Part shown: positions 50,011 through 63,514 of the stretch, piece after piece | How the letters are laid out: each line of letters starts with the position of its first letter | Numbering within the stretch: the first letter of the stretch is position 1 | Assembly (NCBI GenBank): GCA_013265495.1 | Contig: MU061579.1 | Span: 2,601,319 to 2,665,318 of the forward strand | Direction: 5' to 3' | DNA from: Vicugna vicugna | Taxonomy: Eukaryota | DNA length: 64,000 bases | Position numbers and translations under genes: made by a program | The notes under the pieces: generated by a model | Seen by the model: only the letters and a program-made list of their open reading frames with translations | Database searches by the model: none | What the model was told of the DNA's origin: nothing

Positions 50011-53000
50011 AGGAAGAGTAGTTTCAAATGAAGAAACCAGTAGAGGAATGTGAGAAGGGTACATAGTCAAAGAAGCTGGACTGTGGGTAGCCAAGACTGG
50101 AGGATGGATGTGGGAAGGAAAACTGAGGCAGTGCACCTCTTAAAGGGACACTAAAGAAGAAGGTTATGGGGAAGAGATACTGAATCACGCAGCTCTCCCT
50201 TTAAAGGACCACATCGGATTGATTCTTACACAAATGGACAGTTATCTGCAAATTCTGATATACAGTTGCTCTCTTTATGATTGAAAGCCAGATATTTGGG
50301 TTTCAAGGAGTGGCTGTCAGATGCTATACCACTGAGGAGAATTTAAAGTGATTCAGACATCAGTTGATTTAATACCCATCACCTCACATAAGCATAATTA
50401 CAGAAAAAAAATCTACTTCTCCATAGTTCTTTTAGTTCTTGATATATGACCTTGCTAAAAGATTTAATTGCGTGGTTTTCATTTATGAAAACCTTATCTG
50501 TGAAAGTAGTGAATTCAGCAAAATGACTTTAGAGTCTCTCAGGAATACGGATCCATGCCTAATTTAGGACCTACTGCTGAAACATGGCACCATTAATAAG
50601 ATACCACATGGTGGGTTTTGGATTGTCTTACATTTAGCTAAATTTACATATAAATATATACATATATATGTGTGTATATATGTATCCATATATATATTTG
50701 ATGATCACTGAGCTGAAGATAATTATGTATTATTTTCTTATTAAAAAAGAATGAAAGGAAGATTTGAGTTACTTTCTTTTGATATTCTCATTTTTGGATC
50801 TTGTCCAGTTAACTTTTATTTATCTGGGCTCATTTGTTAGAGAAATTTGGGGAAATAATCAAAGATGACTTATACAGTGATTCACAAACAAAGTTGCTTA
50901 TCTGACCTAGCCACGAGTCCATTTGAAACATCTGATACAAGAACTTAGTTGAACAACAAAAGAGACAAAGCCCATGATAATAGTCAGAGATGAATTAATT
51001 ATGTGCTTTTATTGGCAACTCTTCACACACTGGCTCAGCTAATGTTAGTTTTACCTGCTCAAATGTCAGGCTAACTGGGACTCTAAGTCTAAACTGCATC
51101 TACAGCACATCTAAGTATAGTTTATGTAGAGCATGATATGGTTTTGATGCCTAGCAACAGGATAAAACCAAACAGTAATGATTACAGGAGTAACATGGAC
51201 AATATACATCTCATGGAGTATCATGAAATCTTTTTTATCCTATTTCAAATTTTTCTTCTGGGCTTTCCTAAATTAGTCTCATATTTAAGTATTATTTCCT
51301 CACTTTGTTTTGCAGTTTTAATGATCTTTATAACACTGTATACATATTATTTTGGACAGGAAAGTAGGATTTATTGGTGGTTGCGAGTAAGGAGGGGACG
51401 GTACCAAGGCTCTTATGAATGGAGGGCCCACCACTTGTCCCAGGGCCATTATTAGGGATGTATTTGACCCCGCAGTCGTCCGGGAAGAGCCTTAGCACTG
51501 TATTATTGATTACTCTGAAAGGCAGATATTTACTAATATGTAAGAAATTTTGACAAATGAAGTCAAAGTAGATTCGAGTTCCTACTTAAAAAAATGTTTT
51601 GCAGATGTTAAGTACAAATCTTAGGGTAGAACTAAGATACTGATAATCAGCAGGGTGAAAGAAGGCCATTTTATTCTGGCATATGGGTATATGTGGATAT
51701 ATATTTTTTAAATGAAGATATTAATTATAAACATTATGTGATAGATGCAAAATGAAATATATCTGAATTAAAGATAAGCCTTTAAGAGAAGATATTTCTA
51801 TTCACACTGATGGATTAAGTAGGGAAGAAATAAATACAGATAGAAATTATTTGAGTATATACTTAATGGAAGAATATGTGTGTGTCTTTGTGTATGCTGC
51901 AAGGGCATTGGGAGGGTATGGGTGTTCAGCCCTACATTCTTCCATTTTCTAGATAAGATCAATTTTTTTCTTGCTTCCAAGTTTCCTTAGCAAAAAAGAT
52001 GGCTCTGGGAGGCAGGTGGTAGTTCCAGAACCCCACGAGCTCTGAGAGTGAAAAGGGCAACTCTGAGATTCCTTTGGTCTACGTGAGTCCAGTCCTCCAC
52101 CGTCCTCCAAGCCTCCTACACAGAAGTCAGGAAGTAGGGGGTGGCGAAGTTCTGTGGCGTGTGAATTAGAAGCATCATCAACAGGAGAGGAGCAGGGGAT
52201 CATGGGATTTTCATATTTCTGCCCAGACTAAGAGACCAACTCCCTCAGACTCACAGCCTCTCACTATAATCTGATTTTGAATCCACCAGGATTAACTCAA
52301 TCATACCATTTATCCCAATGTATTTCAGTAACACCACAAGCCCAAGATCTGAGATTCTCTCTCATGACCTGGACAGTAATTTTCTTAATCCCACAACACT
52401 CCCTGATTTACAAAATTTCCCACGTGTCTTCATGTTTTTATTGTCTGTCACCTGCAAAATCCCCTATAGCTTCAAACTCCTCTCTAAACATTTCTTTTAT
52501 TATGTTCTGACCCTGCTCTGAATGAACAGATGAAAGAATGACTAAGCAGCACTGGAATTCAGACAAGTTATTGTTGGACAAAGTTTTCTTCTTTATTTTT
52601 TTCCCTGTAAATTCTTTGTTTAAATAAAATGAGACTTTTATGGTATAGCCTTATATATATGCACAGGTGTAAAGTATTGGTTGAAGCAGTGCAGAAAATC
52701 TTATTTGAACACCTTAGGTGCATTTAACATGTTTTGAAATCCAATAATTTAAACAAATTGGCCTTATTAAAAAATAAAAAGCTTGAGGAAGTTTCTAGCC
52801 TACAAATGTTAACCTTCAGGGAATGACTTAACAATGATATTCAACTCTTTGAAGCAGTATTTGTTTTGAGAGTGCTAAATTATGTTTCCTTGTTTTCGCT
52901 ACAGAGACAGGGACAGGTTTAAATTAGAGAACAATAAATTTAGGCTCGTTATTGAGGAATCCAAAAGCAGCATAGATAGCAAATGGACCCTGCTGAATAT

Positions 53001-53479
53001 TAAAAATACAATTTGATCAATTATAATATATGAAACCAAAACAAAACCATTCTACATAACTGATAAAGTGTAAACCGTTAAATCCTACCATTGGAGTATG
53101 TGGAGCACAGTGTTTAGAGCACTGATTTGTAAGCATGTCAAGGAATTTGTAAGACTTCTTTTTCAGGGAAAAAGAAAACAAAATCCTTCCTGGAGCATTC
53201 TCCAAGCAGGCAGTAATTCAGAAATCTGAAATAATATCTACCTGAGAGCAGAAAGTCAGGATGTGTAATTGGGCCAGCCACTGGAATCAAGAGAATCGTT
53301 AAGCAAAGCATTCCCTGAAGCAACGTGGACTGTACAGTTCATAATATGATGGACTGAACACAGCAAGAGTCCACTTTTGTTCTGTCAAAGAGCCTGCCAA
53401 GGTGCTCAACACAAACAAAAGGGCTATTTCACCAGTGACATTATCTTACAAAAATCATCAGTGTGTTCTCTCACCAGCT

Positions 53480-53780
53480 GGAAGCCCCTGTATGCCTTCC
53501 CGGGGAACGCAGAGTTGAGCCGGTTAAGAGGCTGACAGGCACTCAAGCAGCATGGCGTCGATGGTGGATGGATGAGTCAGATCAGTGCCTTCAGCAAAAT
53601 CCAGCTAACTACTCAGCTATAATTAGTATTTTGGAACCACCGTCCGTGTTTGACTCTGACAAGGAGACGTGTCAATGTTTTTTCCTTTAAAAAAAGCGTC
53701 TCTCTCTTTTTCTTGGCCATGGTAGCAAAACGTGTGTGCAAAAATCCTGTCACTCACGAAATCTCCAGATCTGACTGTCA
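53480..53780. promoter_or_regulatory. Candidate enhancer (AP-1 site in CpG-retaining unique DNA)
   Basis: TGAGTCA at 53573-53579; about 11 CpG in 260 bp. Confidence 0.3.
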
Positions 53781-54083
53781 GAGGAACTTCAGGTATTTTC
53801 AGGCTGTTAATGAATAGGCACCCACATCCCTGTCTTGCACCAGAAGTCAGATGTCACAGTTAATGTGCACCAAGGATTACAGTCTGTTCCAACAGAGGAT
53901 ACAAGACACTCGAATAGCAGCACCCCTGGTCCCTTCAGAACCAATAAGTATCAAGGACCCGAGGTGGTTTCCTATGTGATTCCAACTTAACTGACTGAGA
54001 AGAATAAAAAGAGGGATGTGGTGTTGAGCAGTGTCACCTAGCTGTTGTCATTTGTAATCAATATTTTGTCATTTATGCATCTG

Positions 54084-54124
54084 TAATATATACGTGTGTG
54101 TATATATATATGTGTGTATATATG

Positions 54125-54165
<41 letters not shown>

Positions 54166-54169
54166 ACAC
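54084..54169. repeat. Compound (TA)/(TG)/(CA)n microsatellite
   Basis: Read directly from the sequence. Confidence 0.95.
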
Positions 54170-54356
54170 TTACTTTTCTCAGGCTTAATGTTCTAATGCC
54201 AGAATTCAAACAGAATAAAATTTGTTTCTGTTTTTGGGCCAAGGATCTGTTACATATAAAGGCAGTCTGACAAATTTATCTTCATGATCAGTAATGGCTG
54301 TTATGGAAAGGGGACCCTTACCCAGGACACTACTTTGTTTATAGACGAAATGTCCC

Positions 54357-54607
54357 TGTGATGGTCCATTTTATATGTTAACTTGGCTGGGCCACGGTGC
54401 CCAGATACTTGGTTAAACATCATTCTGGATGTTTCTATGAAGGTTTTTGAACGAGACGAACTTCAAAATAAGTAGACTTTGAGTAAAGCAGATTACTGTC
54501 CATAACGTGGGTAGGTCTTATTGAAGGCCTTAATGAGAATAAACACACACACACACACACACACCCTTCTTGGTTCTGTTTCTCTGGAGAACATCAATTA
54601 GAATATA
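54357..54607 (+). mobile_element. MLT2 LTR with internal deletion and (CA)n tract
   Basis: tgtgatggtccattttatatgttaacttggctgggcc...ttggttctgtttctctggagaac. Confidence 0.85.
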
Positions 54608-55429
54608 TGGTTCTTGAGCATTTGAAAATATGGCTGTGTTTATGAATTTTTATAAAATACAACCAGTGCTCACCCAGCTATAGACTTCAGCTAATGATAA
54701 ACTTGCATCTATAGACAATGGATCAAGAGTTTGGAATGAGTGGGTGGAGGAGAAACAGAAATTGAAATAATTATAAGATAATAAGATAGAAAGTTATAAG
54801 GAACACAGGTGAAGAGCAAGTGACCTGAGTGTTCAGTGGAAGGGAGAAAAAAAAGAGTAAGAGAAACGGGAAATAAAAAGATGATTTGAACTTATCTTAC
54901 TCGTTGAGGACAAGTTTAGAACCATGTCTCAGAATCCGTGTAAGTTTTCTCAAGGCACAGTTCCATCTGAATTGGAGTCTCAAGAAAAAGTACATGTTTT
55001 TTCTGGTATTTTTAACTGAACCCAGAAGCAATTTTTAATAAAACAGAATAACACGATTCTTACATAGCTCACCAGGGAATACTCTGGTCTGGAAAGAGAA
55101 AACACTGGGAAATCCAGTGGTGGTCATATTCCACGTTAGCCGTGTGGACCTTATATAAGCTTCCTGTATTGATAAATGAGTGCTTGCATATTGATCAGCA
55201 TTTGAATAAACTACGAAAAATAAGTTTCTTCCCTCTTATTGATATGGGTACATGTATCAGCACTAAAAAGGAAATTCTCCTTAAGCAAAAACTTGCAAAA
55301 GAAGCACTAAAATTTGCAGAAATCAGCAAGGGCCAAATGAGCCACTTGTCCATAATATTGCCTTTTTTGAAAACAGCAGCAGTTATTCAAATCTGTAAAT
55401 AATTAAATCATTTTGTATTTTTTAAAAGA

Positions 55430-56300
55430 GAAATTCAGCTCTGTTGAGGTATAATTAACATAAAATTATAAGATATTTACATCATGATGATTTGACATGC
55501 CGTATACATTGTAAAAGGATTGTACTCTCCTACCTCTGCTAAATTGACACTTTCATCACTTCACCTATTTATCTTTTTTGTAAGAACATTTAAGTTCTAT
55601 TAGCAAATTTCAGTTATATAATACAGTGTTATGAATGATAGTTATCATCTTATACATTAGATCCTCAGACCTTATTCATTTTATAGCTGAAATTTTGTAC
55701 CCTTTTTATCAACCTACTCCCCAGCCTCTAGCAACCTCTTTTCTACTATTTCTATGAGTTTGACTTTTTTTTAACATTTTTTATTGATTTATAATCATTT
55801 TACAATGTTGTGTCAAATTCCAGTGTTCAGCACAATTTTTCAGTCATTCATGGACATATACACACTCATTGTCACATTTTTTTCTCTGTGATTTATCATA
55901 ACATTTTGTGTATATTTCCCTGTGCTATACAGTGTAATCTTGTTTATCTATTCTACAGTTTTGAAATCCCAGTCTATCCCTTCCCACCCTCTACCCCCCT
56001 GGTAACCACAAGTCTGTATTCTCTGTCCATGAGTCTTTAGATTCCACATATGAGCGATCTCATACGGTATTTTTCTTTCTCTTTCTGGCTTACTTCACTT
56101 AGGGTTTGACTTTTTTTTAAGATTCCATATAGAAGATATACCATATAGTATTTGTCTTTCTCCATCTGGCTTATTTCACTTAGTATAATGCCCTCAAATT
56201 CCATCTGTGATGTTATAAAAGGCAGGCTTTCCTTCTCATCATTGAATAATATTCTATTATACACACACATCATATCTTCTTTATCCATTCATTGACTGAG
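55430..56300 (-). mobile_element. L1MA-type 3' end hosting a younger L1
   Basis: gttgaggtataattaacataaaatt...tacattagatcctcagaccttattcat...gtatttgtctttctccatctggcttatttcacttag. Confidence 0.85.
55773..56103 (-). mobile_element. Young lineage-specific L1 3' end nested in the older L1
   Basis: Identical flanks gtttgacttttttttaa at 55758-55774 and 56104-56120 (TT/AAAA site on the sense strand); same 3' UTR type as 35903-36058. Confidence 0.9.
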
Positions 56301-57459
56301 AGACTTGTTACATGACATTTACTAGTTTATTATGTTTCCATAATGTAATCAGTTTTAAAACTGGAATGTGATTGGTTTATGTAATTCATTCCTGTTCTGA
56401 TGATGCCCCAAAGTGTATCCAAAACTTATGGTACTGTTTACACACTTACTGTTATGGATAATGATGGCTGATGTATATCCAACTTTTCCTAAAATATGAA
56501 AAACACCTCTATTTTTGGCCTGACATTTTTAAGAAAAATAAAACCAAAATCAAAGGGAAACAAAGGAAAAGAAGAAAATACCTATGCAATATAAGAGATG
56601 AATGAACAAGTAAATGGAATGAAGATGAGAAGACTTTCGTGCTGGCTGGTGTTTTTGTAAGCTACAACATACACATAGATTAAAGAAGGATACAAATAAA
56701 CAGTTTGAAAGCTGTTAAGAGATGAAATATTACATGGGCATTTGTACTATTGCCAACTATAGTCCCTTCAATGTCTCTAAATTTTGTGACTTGCCAAGTT
56801 ATCTCTTCTATATAGGTACTTAATGCAACCATAAAAATAAAACTGCCTATGGCTTGTGGAAAATGAGAACATTGGCCTAAAGAAAAATGGGACAAAGATA
56901 CTAAAAGGAATGTGTTGTAACTCTCCATTGAGGACCTAGTATAGGGCCTTGTATGTAGTCACTCAAAATAAGTCTATTCAATTGAATTAAATTGAACTGT
57001 ATTGAAGAAAACCACTTCTATTTCACTACTTTCAATTGGGTTCTATTGAAGTAACTCATGCTGGGCCTTACATCTTCTTTTAACTGTTTCCCATTTCCCA
57101 TTTCATTTTCTCTTTCTATGTTTTAGCTTAAAAATTTTTTTTTGAATCAGCAGATTGTTAGCAAATTTCATCTATCCATTTATTTCTTCTCTTATATCAT
57201 GACATTTTTTTTTAAAAAAAGCAAATGATTCCTTGAAGAGCTTTTGTTTGTGAAAGGTTCTTAGCTGTTAATAGCATGTAGTTTTGGAAGGTTTTATCTT
57301 AAAACATTTTTTTTTGACTATTGTGATTTGTGTCTGTAATGATTAATTGTACAGGTCTAAACTATTCTTACTAAGGCTGAATAATCAGGCTTAAGACATA
57401 ATTTTATAGCTCAGGTCTAGTTCCCCCCAAAGAACTCATAATCAGTTCTGTTTTTATCA

Positions 57460-60400
57460 ATTAATTTTAGTTGAACTATAGACACATGTATAAAATTACA
57501 CAAAATATGAGCTCCAATTCTGTGAATTATCACTTAAAAACCCCATATTTCATTTTGTAACATAGATATTGATTTCACTGCGCACCATATCTTGAAAAGA
57601 CAGACTATGCTCTGCAGTTTATACGTGGACTATTTTCATCTCTTTTCTGCTTAATTTGGTCTGTTTGTCTATCCTTGCGCCAATGTCACTGTATGACTTT
57701 TTAACAAGTTCCTTTTCCTCTTTTTCAAGTGCCTTGACATTCTTGGCCATTTGTCATTCCATGTAATATACCAGCTTATCAGTTTCTAAATATGGTTGTA
57801 TAATGACTTTGCTTGGGGCTGACTGAACCTAAAGTTTGAGGGGAAACTGACATCTTTTCAATATCCACTCTTCCAATCCTTGAACAACTGTCTTTTCTTC
57901 TTTTATGTGGGTTTTTAATCTCTCTCAGTAAAATTTTATTGTAAATTTTTACAGTTTTATATATTTTTGTTACCTGTATTTCTAAATATTAGTTTTATGC
58001 TTTTAGAAATACTATATTTTTACTTATTTTTCAATAATTGTTGGCTGGTATATGGAAACATTTTAATATTTCATATTGATATTGTAACTAACCAAAGCTT
58101 GCTAAACTCAGTTTTTAATTCTATAGTATCAGTAGTTCCATTTGAATTTTCTACATAAACAAATATTTCACCTGCTAATAATGAGATTATTATTTCCTCC
58201 TTTCCCAATCTTCTAATGTTTGTTTCTTTTCCTTGTCTGATTGTACTGGCTGGAGTCTCCTATAGAAGTTTTGCTGGAACTCTCAGAAAGAGAATTTTCA
58301 ACATCTAACCATTAAGATACTGGCAATAGTATTTTTTCTTTTGTTTGTAGCCACCCATTATCAGAATGAGGATATTGCCCTTTCTCCTACATTGTTACTA
58401 AATCAATCAGACATTATTACTAATATTATTGTTAACAGGTAAAGAATTTTCATCCAAATAACTGGCTTTCTGCAAAACTACATGGAAACCAGCCGTGGCC
58501 CAGTGCTTAATGCAACCAATCCAGGTCATTCTCAAGGTGAAGATCCTCACTTTCTGATTACAGGCAGGTACTTCTCAATCATGGATGCTGTTTTGAAGAA
58601 TCGTGAGACTATGTTGCCACATCTTGCAGCTGCAACTCAAGGCTCTGACTTGCCATGCCAAAGGAGGGTTTGGTGCTTCCATCAACCACGCACACCCTGC
58701 TGAGAGGATAGGGCAGGGGTTAGGTTCTCCCATGTCTTAATTCTACAGTCTCTATGTGGTCGTATCAGGTGAGCTATACCAGGCGCTGTCAATCCTCTCA
58801 CCACAAATTTCCCCTCACTAGTGCTGCTCCAGTGGGCCTGGGTGTGTGCCGCTAGCCTGGCGTGCTCTTGTTTAAAAGATATCCTTTTAAAGATGTTTGA
58901 GTTCAGTGTGTTATCATTTCTTTAGTATAATTATATTCATGGGTGAGATGTGCATAATTTATCGTTCTAATTTTTGTCTGTTTTTTTTTTGTATCAAGAT
59001 TATACTAGCTTAAACCAAAACAAAATTTTCTAGATGCATAGGAGTTAATTCATCACATGTAATAGATGTCTGATGGATTGGGACTCTGTGTTCTCGTGGT
59101 CTCTGGTTTGGAAGGGCTGCCTCAAATTTTAATTTGCTTGATATTAGTATATATATACCACATTTTGTTTCATTTCAGTGTGATACATTTTTTCCTATAC
59201 TTTTACTTTTAGTCTTTCTTTGTCTTTCTGTTTAATAGTGTCTCTGGAGACAAAATTTCTTTTTTATTTCTTTTAAAATGCATTTATTCTATATTCGTTT
59301 TTGAAGGATATTTTATGTACAGAATTTTATGCTGCCAATTATTTTTTTCAGAAAGTGAAAACCCTTAGTTTTCACTGTTTCTATTGAAGAGCCCATTGTT
59401 CCTTTAATTTTTGTTCCTTTGAAAATAATGTCTTTTTATCTGGCTGTTTTAAATATTTTTTCCTTTGGGTTTTTTAAAAAAAAACAGTTTTATATGTTTA
59501 GTTGTGTTTTTCTGTTGTTGTTTTCTTATGTATTTGTTTTATTCTGATTGATATTGTTTCCTCATTAAGCAGCTTGATATCTTTGTCAATTTTGGAATAT
59601 TCACTCTCTCTTTAAATGTTTCTTTTGCCTGATACTTCCTCTCCTTTCATTCTAAAATTTCAATTGCATGATAGAATTTCTCATTCTATTCTTTAGATTT
59701 GTTATTCTCTCTTTTGTTTCTCTGTACACTTTTTTTCATCCCATGCTACATTGTAGATATTTTCTTCTGACCTTTGTTTCCATTCGATAATTCTCTCTTC
59801 AGATGTGTGTAATCTGTTTTGAAATCTAATCACTAAGTACCTAGTTCAACAATTTCCATTCTTTTAATATTCCATTTTCTGTTGAAAAGTTCAAACAGAC
59901 ATTTTATGTTCTTAAAAATATTAAGCATATTTAGTTAAAGATCAGTGTCTGATAACTCCAATTTCTGACACTTTTATGAATCTGTTCAGGTTGTCTTTCA
60001 TGTCTGGGTTTTCAGGAATAGATCTTGTCTTATTGCATGCCTGGTTCTTTTTTTTATTGGAGGCTGGAAATTACATCTGAAGAAAAATGTAAGGATTGTG
60101 CGATAGCTCAGATAATTTTATATTCTTCAGAGAGGGTTTACAATTTGATCTTCTAGGTGGGTAGATGCCCCTGGAAAATTCAATTTATTTTCAACCACTG
60201 GAAGGGTCTGAAGATGGGCTGCTTCTTCTAGGAGAGTTGGCCTATTGCTTGTTTACCCTTATTGCTATGGTAAGCCCTTTATAAACCTTTTCCAAACCGT
60301 GGGCAGTTTATCAGCCCCTCCTCTCCTTGGCAGATGTTAGGCTTAAAGTCTTATTCTCCTAACCCTGCAAGAATTGCAACGACTCTGCTTACCTTCTCTC

Positions 60401-60600
60401 CATCTACTTCTACATCGGCAGAGGCCCTTAGGGAGGAAAATTAAGTTGCTTCAAACGTGAAGCTCAAAATTTTGGTGTTTCTTCTCATCTTGGCTCCACG
60501 ATTCTTTACTGAGTTCTCTTATACCTCAGAACTCTCAGTCTCCCTGCCCTCCTCCCAACCCCCGCTCTTAATTTTTGTTTTCCTGGCTTTAAAATTGTGG
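57460..60600 (-). mobile_element. Highly diverged L1ME-type LINE (ORF2 and ORF1/5' remnants), interrupted at 58475-58875
   Basis: T-rich strand with L1 motifs: gggaaactgacatcttttcaatat, ctggtatatggaaaca, gtctgattgtactggctgga, tttgaaggatatttt. Confidence 0.7.
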
Positions 60601-60789
60601 TCAGTTTTAGGATTGATTTGAATTTCCTTTTCTGCAATTACTGACACTGATAATCCAATATTTACATAAAAATGATGTTCACCTTTTGGGCATAGATTTA
60701 TACAACATCTTAGTATTTTCAGGTTTATATTAATAAACAAAATTGCTTAAACTTAACAGTTAAATAGAATTTCTAGGTAACTAAATGGA

Positions 60790-61000
60790 TTCACAAGTAA
60801 TGATGATAATAAAACCTAATAGTTCTTGCTCACTTACTTATGCCAAGCCCTGTATTAAGATCTTCAGAAATAATTTTTTTTAATATTCTTACCTAACTTG
60901 TTAGTTATATTTTGTTATTATGGTCATTTTACTGATGAAACTGTAGCCCAGAGAAGTAGATCTAGCATTTGAACCCAGCATTTTAATTCACAAGCTGTCG
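60790..61000 (-). mobile_element. MIR fragment
   Basis: cacttacttatgccaagccctgtattaag...cattttactgatgaaactgtagcccagaga...atttgaacccag. Confidence 0.7.
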
Positions 61001-61539
61001 TATATTGGGGTATACTTACAATTTCTGAAAATTATTGATATAAACATGGATGCACAGATGCATACATCACACACACACACACAGCACACAAACTGCTGTA
61101 GTTAAACTCTACTAGGGAGGCAGACTGTCTAGCTAATCACACAAGTCTCCTCCACTAAGACCAAAGTCAGCTCCTCGAAATTCTTCACTGATGGGAACGG
61201 TTAGCTGAACTAATAATAGTCACTAACATCTAACTCTCCCCTTAAGTGACACCTCACTGAAGTTCATTTACATGCAGTACTTCTATTACCATGCTCTCTT
61301 GGCCCCTGGGTATATGACTCTCCCTTAAAAATATCAGAATATGAGTCCGCTTATGAAAAAACTGTTATTTTCCTTTTCCCTCCATAACACATCAGAGGCA
61401 AACGTGCATTTTTCAAAACGAATTTTACTAAATACACAGGAAGAACAAAAAGGAATAAACAATGTACAAGATGCATTCAAAACTACACAGGCTTAGGAAA
61501 AACCAGGTTTCTGTTCCTGTAAGACTGAAGTCGATTTCC

Positions 61540-62020
61540 AGGCTGAAAGCCCCTGGTCTATTCCCCGGGAATGATACCCTCCAGCGTCAAATGGCTGGAG
61601 CCACTTTGCAGGCAATTTGCTTGGCTACAGGCTCTCCTGCCTCCCTGGTTTCCTCCATGGGGTGAGAGCTGTCTTTCCTTCAGGGAGCTGGTCAATCAGC
61701 CAACTTGTCCTCTACATAAGAACTGCAAAAATAAAGCATTCCAAACCTGCTGCTGACCTGGAATGCTCCCACTCAAGTCCGCCTTCTTTGTGATTGGCAA
61801 GCCTACAGCCTTCATGGAGGGGACCACACATACACAGCAGTAAGAGGCTTATCCTCTCACCTGTTTCCGAGGGAGTGGTGGGGGATGGGGGAGGTAATAG
61901 CTAGACTGTTGACTCTGAATCCGAATATCTGCTCCCAGCTACAGGAGAGCAAAACCCAATTAACTAGCAGTCACTAGGTCCTGAGGAACTGACGTAAGCA
62001 AATTCATTTTACGACAGACT
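61540..62020. promoter_or_regulatory. Candidate regulatory element (paired TEAD/M-CAT motifs, CRE-like site)
   Basis: AGCATTCCA at 61735-61743 and its inverse TGGAATGCT at 61759-61767; TGACGTAA at 61990-61997; GC-richer unique DNA. Confidence 0.3.
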
Positions 62021-62699
62021 AATTTATAAGCCTTAATGACAATTGTATAATTTTCTCTGAGAAACACAGGTGATCAAAATCACCATGCTGTCACGCTAGT
62101 CTCATCAATGAAACATTCAAAAATCATCATAAAATAAATGACCCCTCTTCATCATGTCCTCGGATTTTCAGAATATACACAGTTTGAAATTTCTGACCTC
62201 TACGGACGAACAAAATCAATGGAGTCTTACGCAGTCCAGGACACACATTATATCATTACATACAATTAACAGTTATAATGTCTGATCACATTTAAACTAT
62301 TTCTGTTTCCTTTCTGGGTAATCAAAAACATTCTGAGGTCTCTATTTTTTTAGGAACCTGTATATACCATTTTTTTTTTCAGTTATCACTATCGTAGAAA
62401 GGAATAGCTATGATTCAACTATCACAAATCTACTCTAGACTGCTGGCTGGGATAAAAGAATGGAGACATTTGTCAATTATCCAACTAATTATCCCGGTGT
62501 ACGACAGCCAAACCAAATAATCCCAGTCCCTGAGTGAACATTCTGAACTGAATTGGCCAGATAACTATTCAATTGCATAGATAACTGTATTCAATAAAAA
62601 TCTGAGGATATAAACATTTCTGTATTTGTTTCATTAATTCATTGACACATAAACCTCCAATGTGTTCATCCTGGGCTTCCAAAATAATGATCATAATAA

Positions 62700-62810
62700 A
62701 AAATCATAGGAGCTAGCATTTACTGACTGCTTAATAAGAACCAGGCACTGTGAGTACTTTCTCTGCATTCTCATTTAATTTTACAACAATCCTGTGAGGT
62801 AGGTGCTAGC
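62700..62810 (-). mobile_element. MIR fragment
   Basis: agctagcatttactgactgctt...ccaggcactgtg...ctcatttaattttacaacaatcctgtgaggtagg. Confidence 0.8.
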
Positions 62811-63514
62811 TTACCTGGCATAAAATGGAGCCTGCCTTCCCAAATAACTCTCTCTGCGTAAACAGCTTCACACATGTATTACTCAAATAAAATTTCCTGT
62901 GTGTAATACGTAGGTGGGTTCTTTTGGAATCAGTGTTTTTCCTTTTTTCGCAAAGGCAAATGAGTTTTCCTTTAGTCATCTTTCTGGCATTTTTCTGATT
63001 CTCGCATCCTTTCCCTCCCTATGATTGCTATTCTTGAGTACAATGCCTGTCCCTGATGAGTGATGCTGAGAATCATGAATTTATACGTGATACTAAGAAT
63101 GTTATATAAAATTGTATTCCTTTCTATTTCATGGAAATTGCCATTTCTGTTAACATTTAAGAAAGGAAACACCAAGTTATGTATAAGAATGTCTGGTTGG
63201 GATGGGTTCTGCACACCTGGATACAGATACAGGACATATGGAACGTGTGGCATGCAATGGTATCCGCTGATGGCTAGAAATGAACCACTGAAGAGTACAG
63301 TTTCCCTACATGTTAAAAGACACCTAGGTGCAGAGAATCCCAATTTATTAACGTTAATGAGTAACAGATGGTTGTTAAATGCCCAAACACTGTTAACTGG
63401 ACACTTTAAAAAATGATGCAGTGGAAGTCTCATGCCTTCTTCAGCCTGCTGAAAACTTGTTAGATTTCAGGTGCTTCTTAGCTTAATGGAATGTGATTGA
63501 CTATCAGAAAAAAA

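Noticed and set aside
63040..63080. TGATGA...CTGA words resembling snoRNA C/D boxes
   Set aside because: Spacing is far too short and there is no terminal stem.
62972..63433. Longest ORF (153 aa, minus) overlapping a 118-aa plus-strand ORF
   Set aside because: No recognisable domain and composition typical of translated AT-rich non-coding DNA; ORFs of this length occur by chance in 64 kb.
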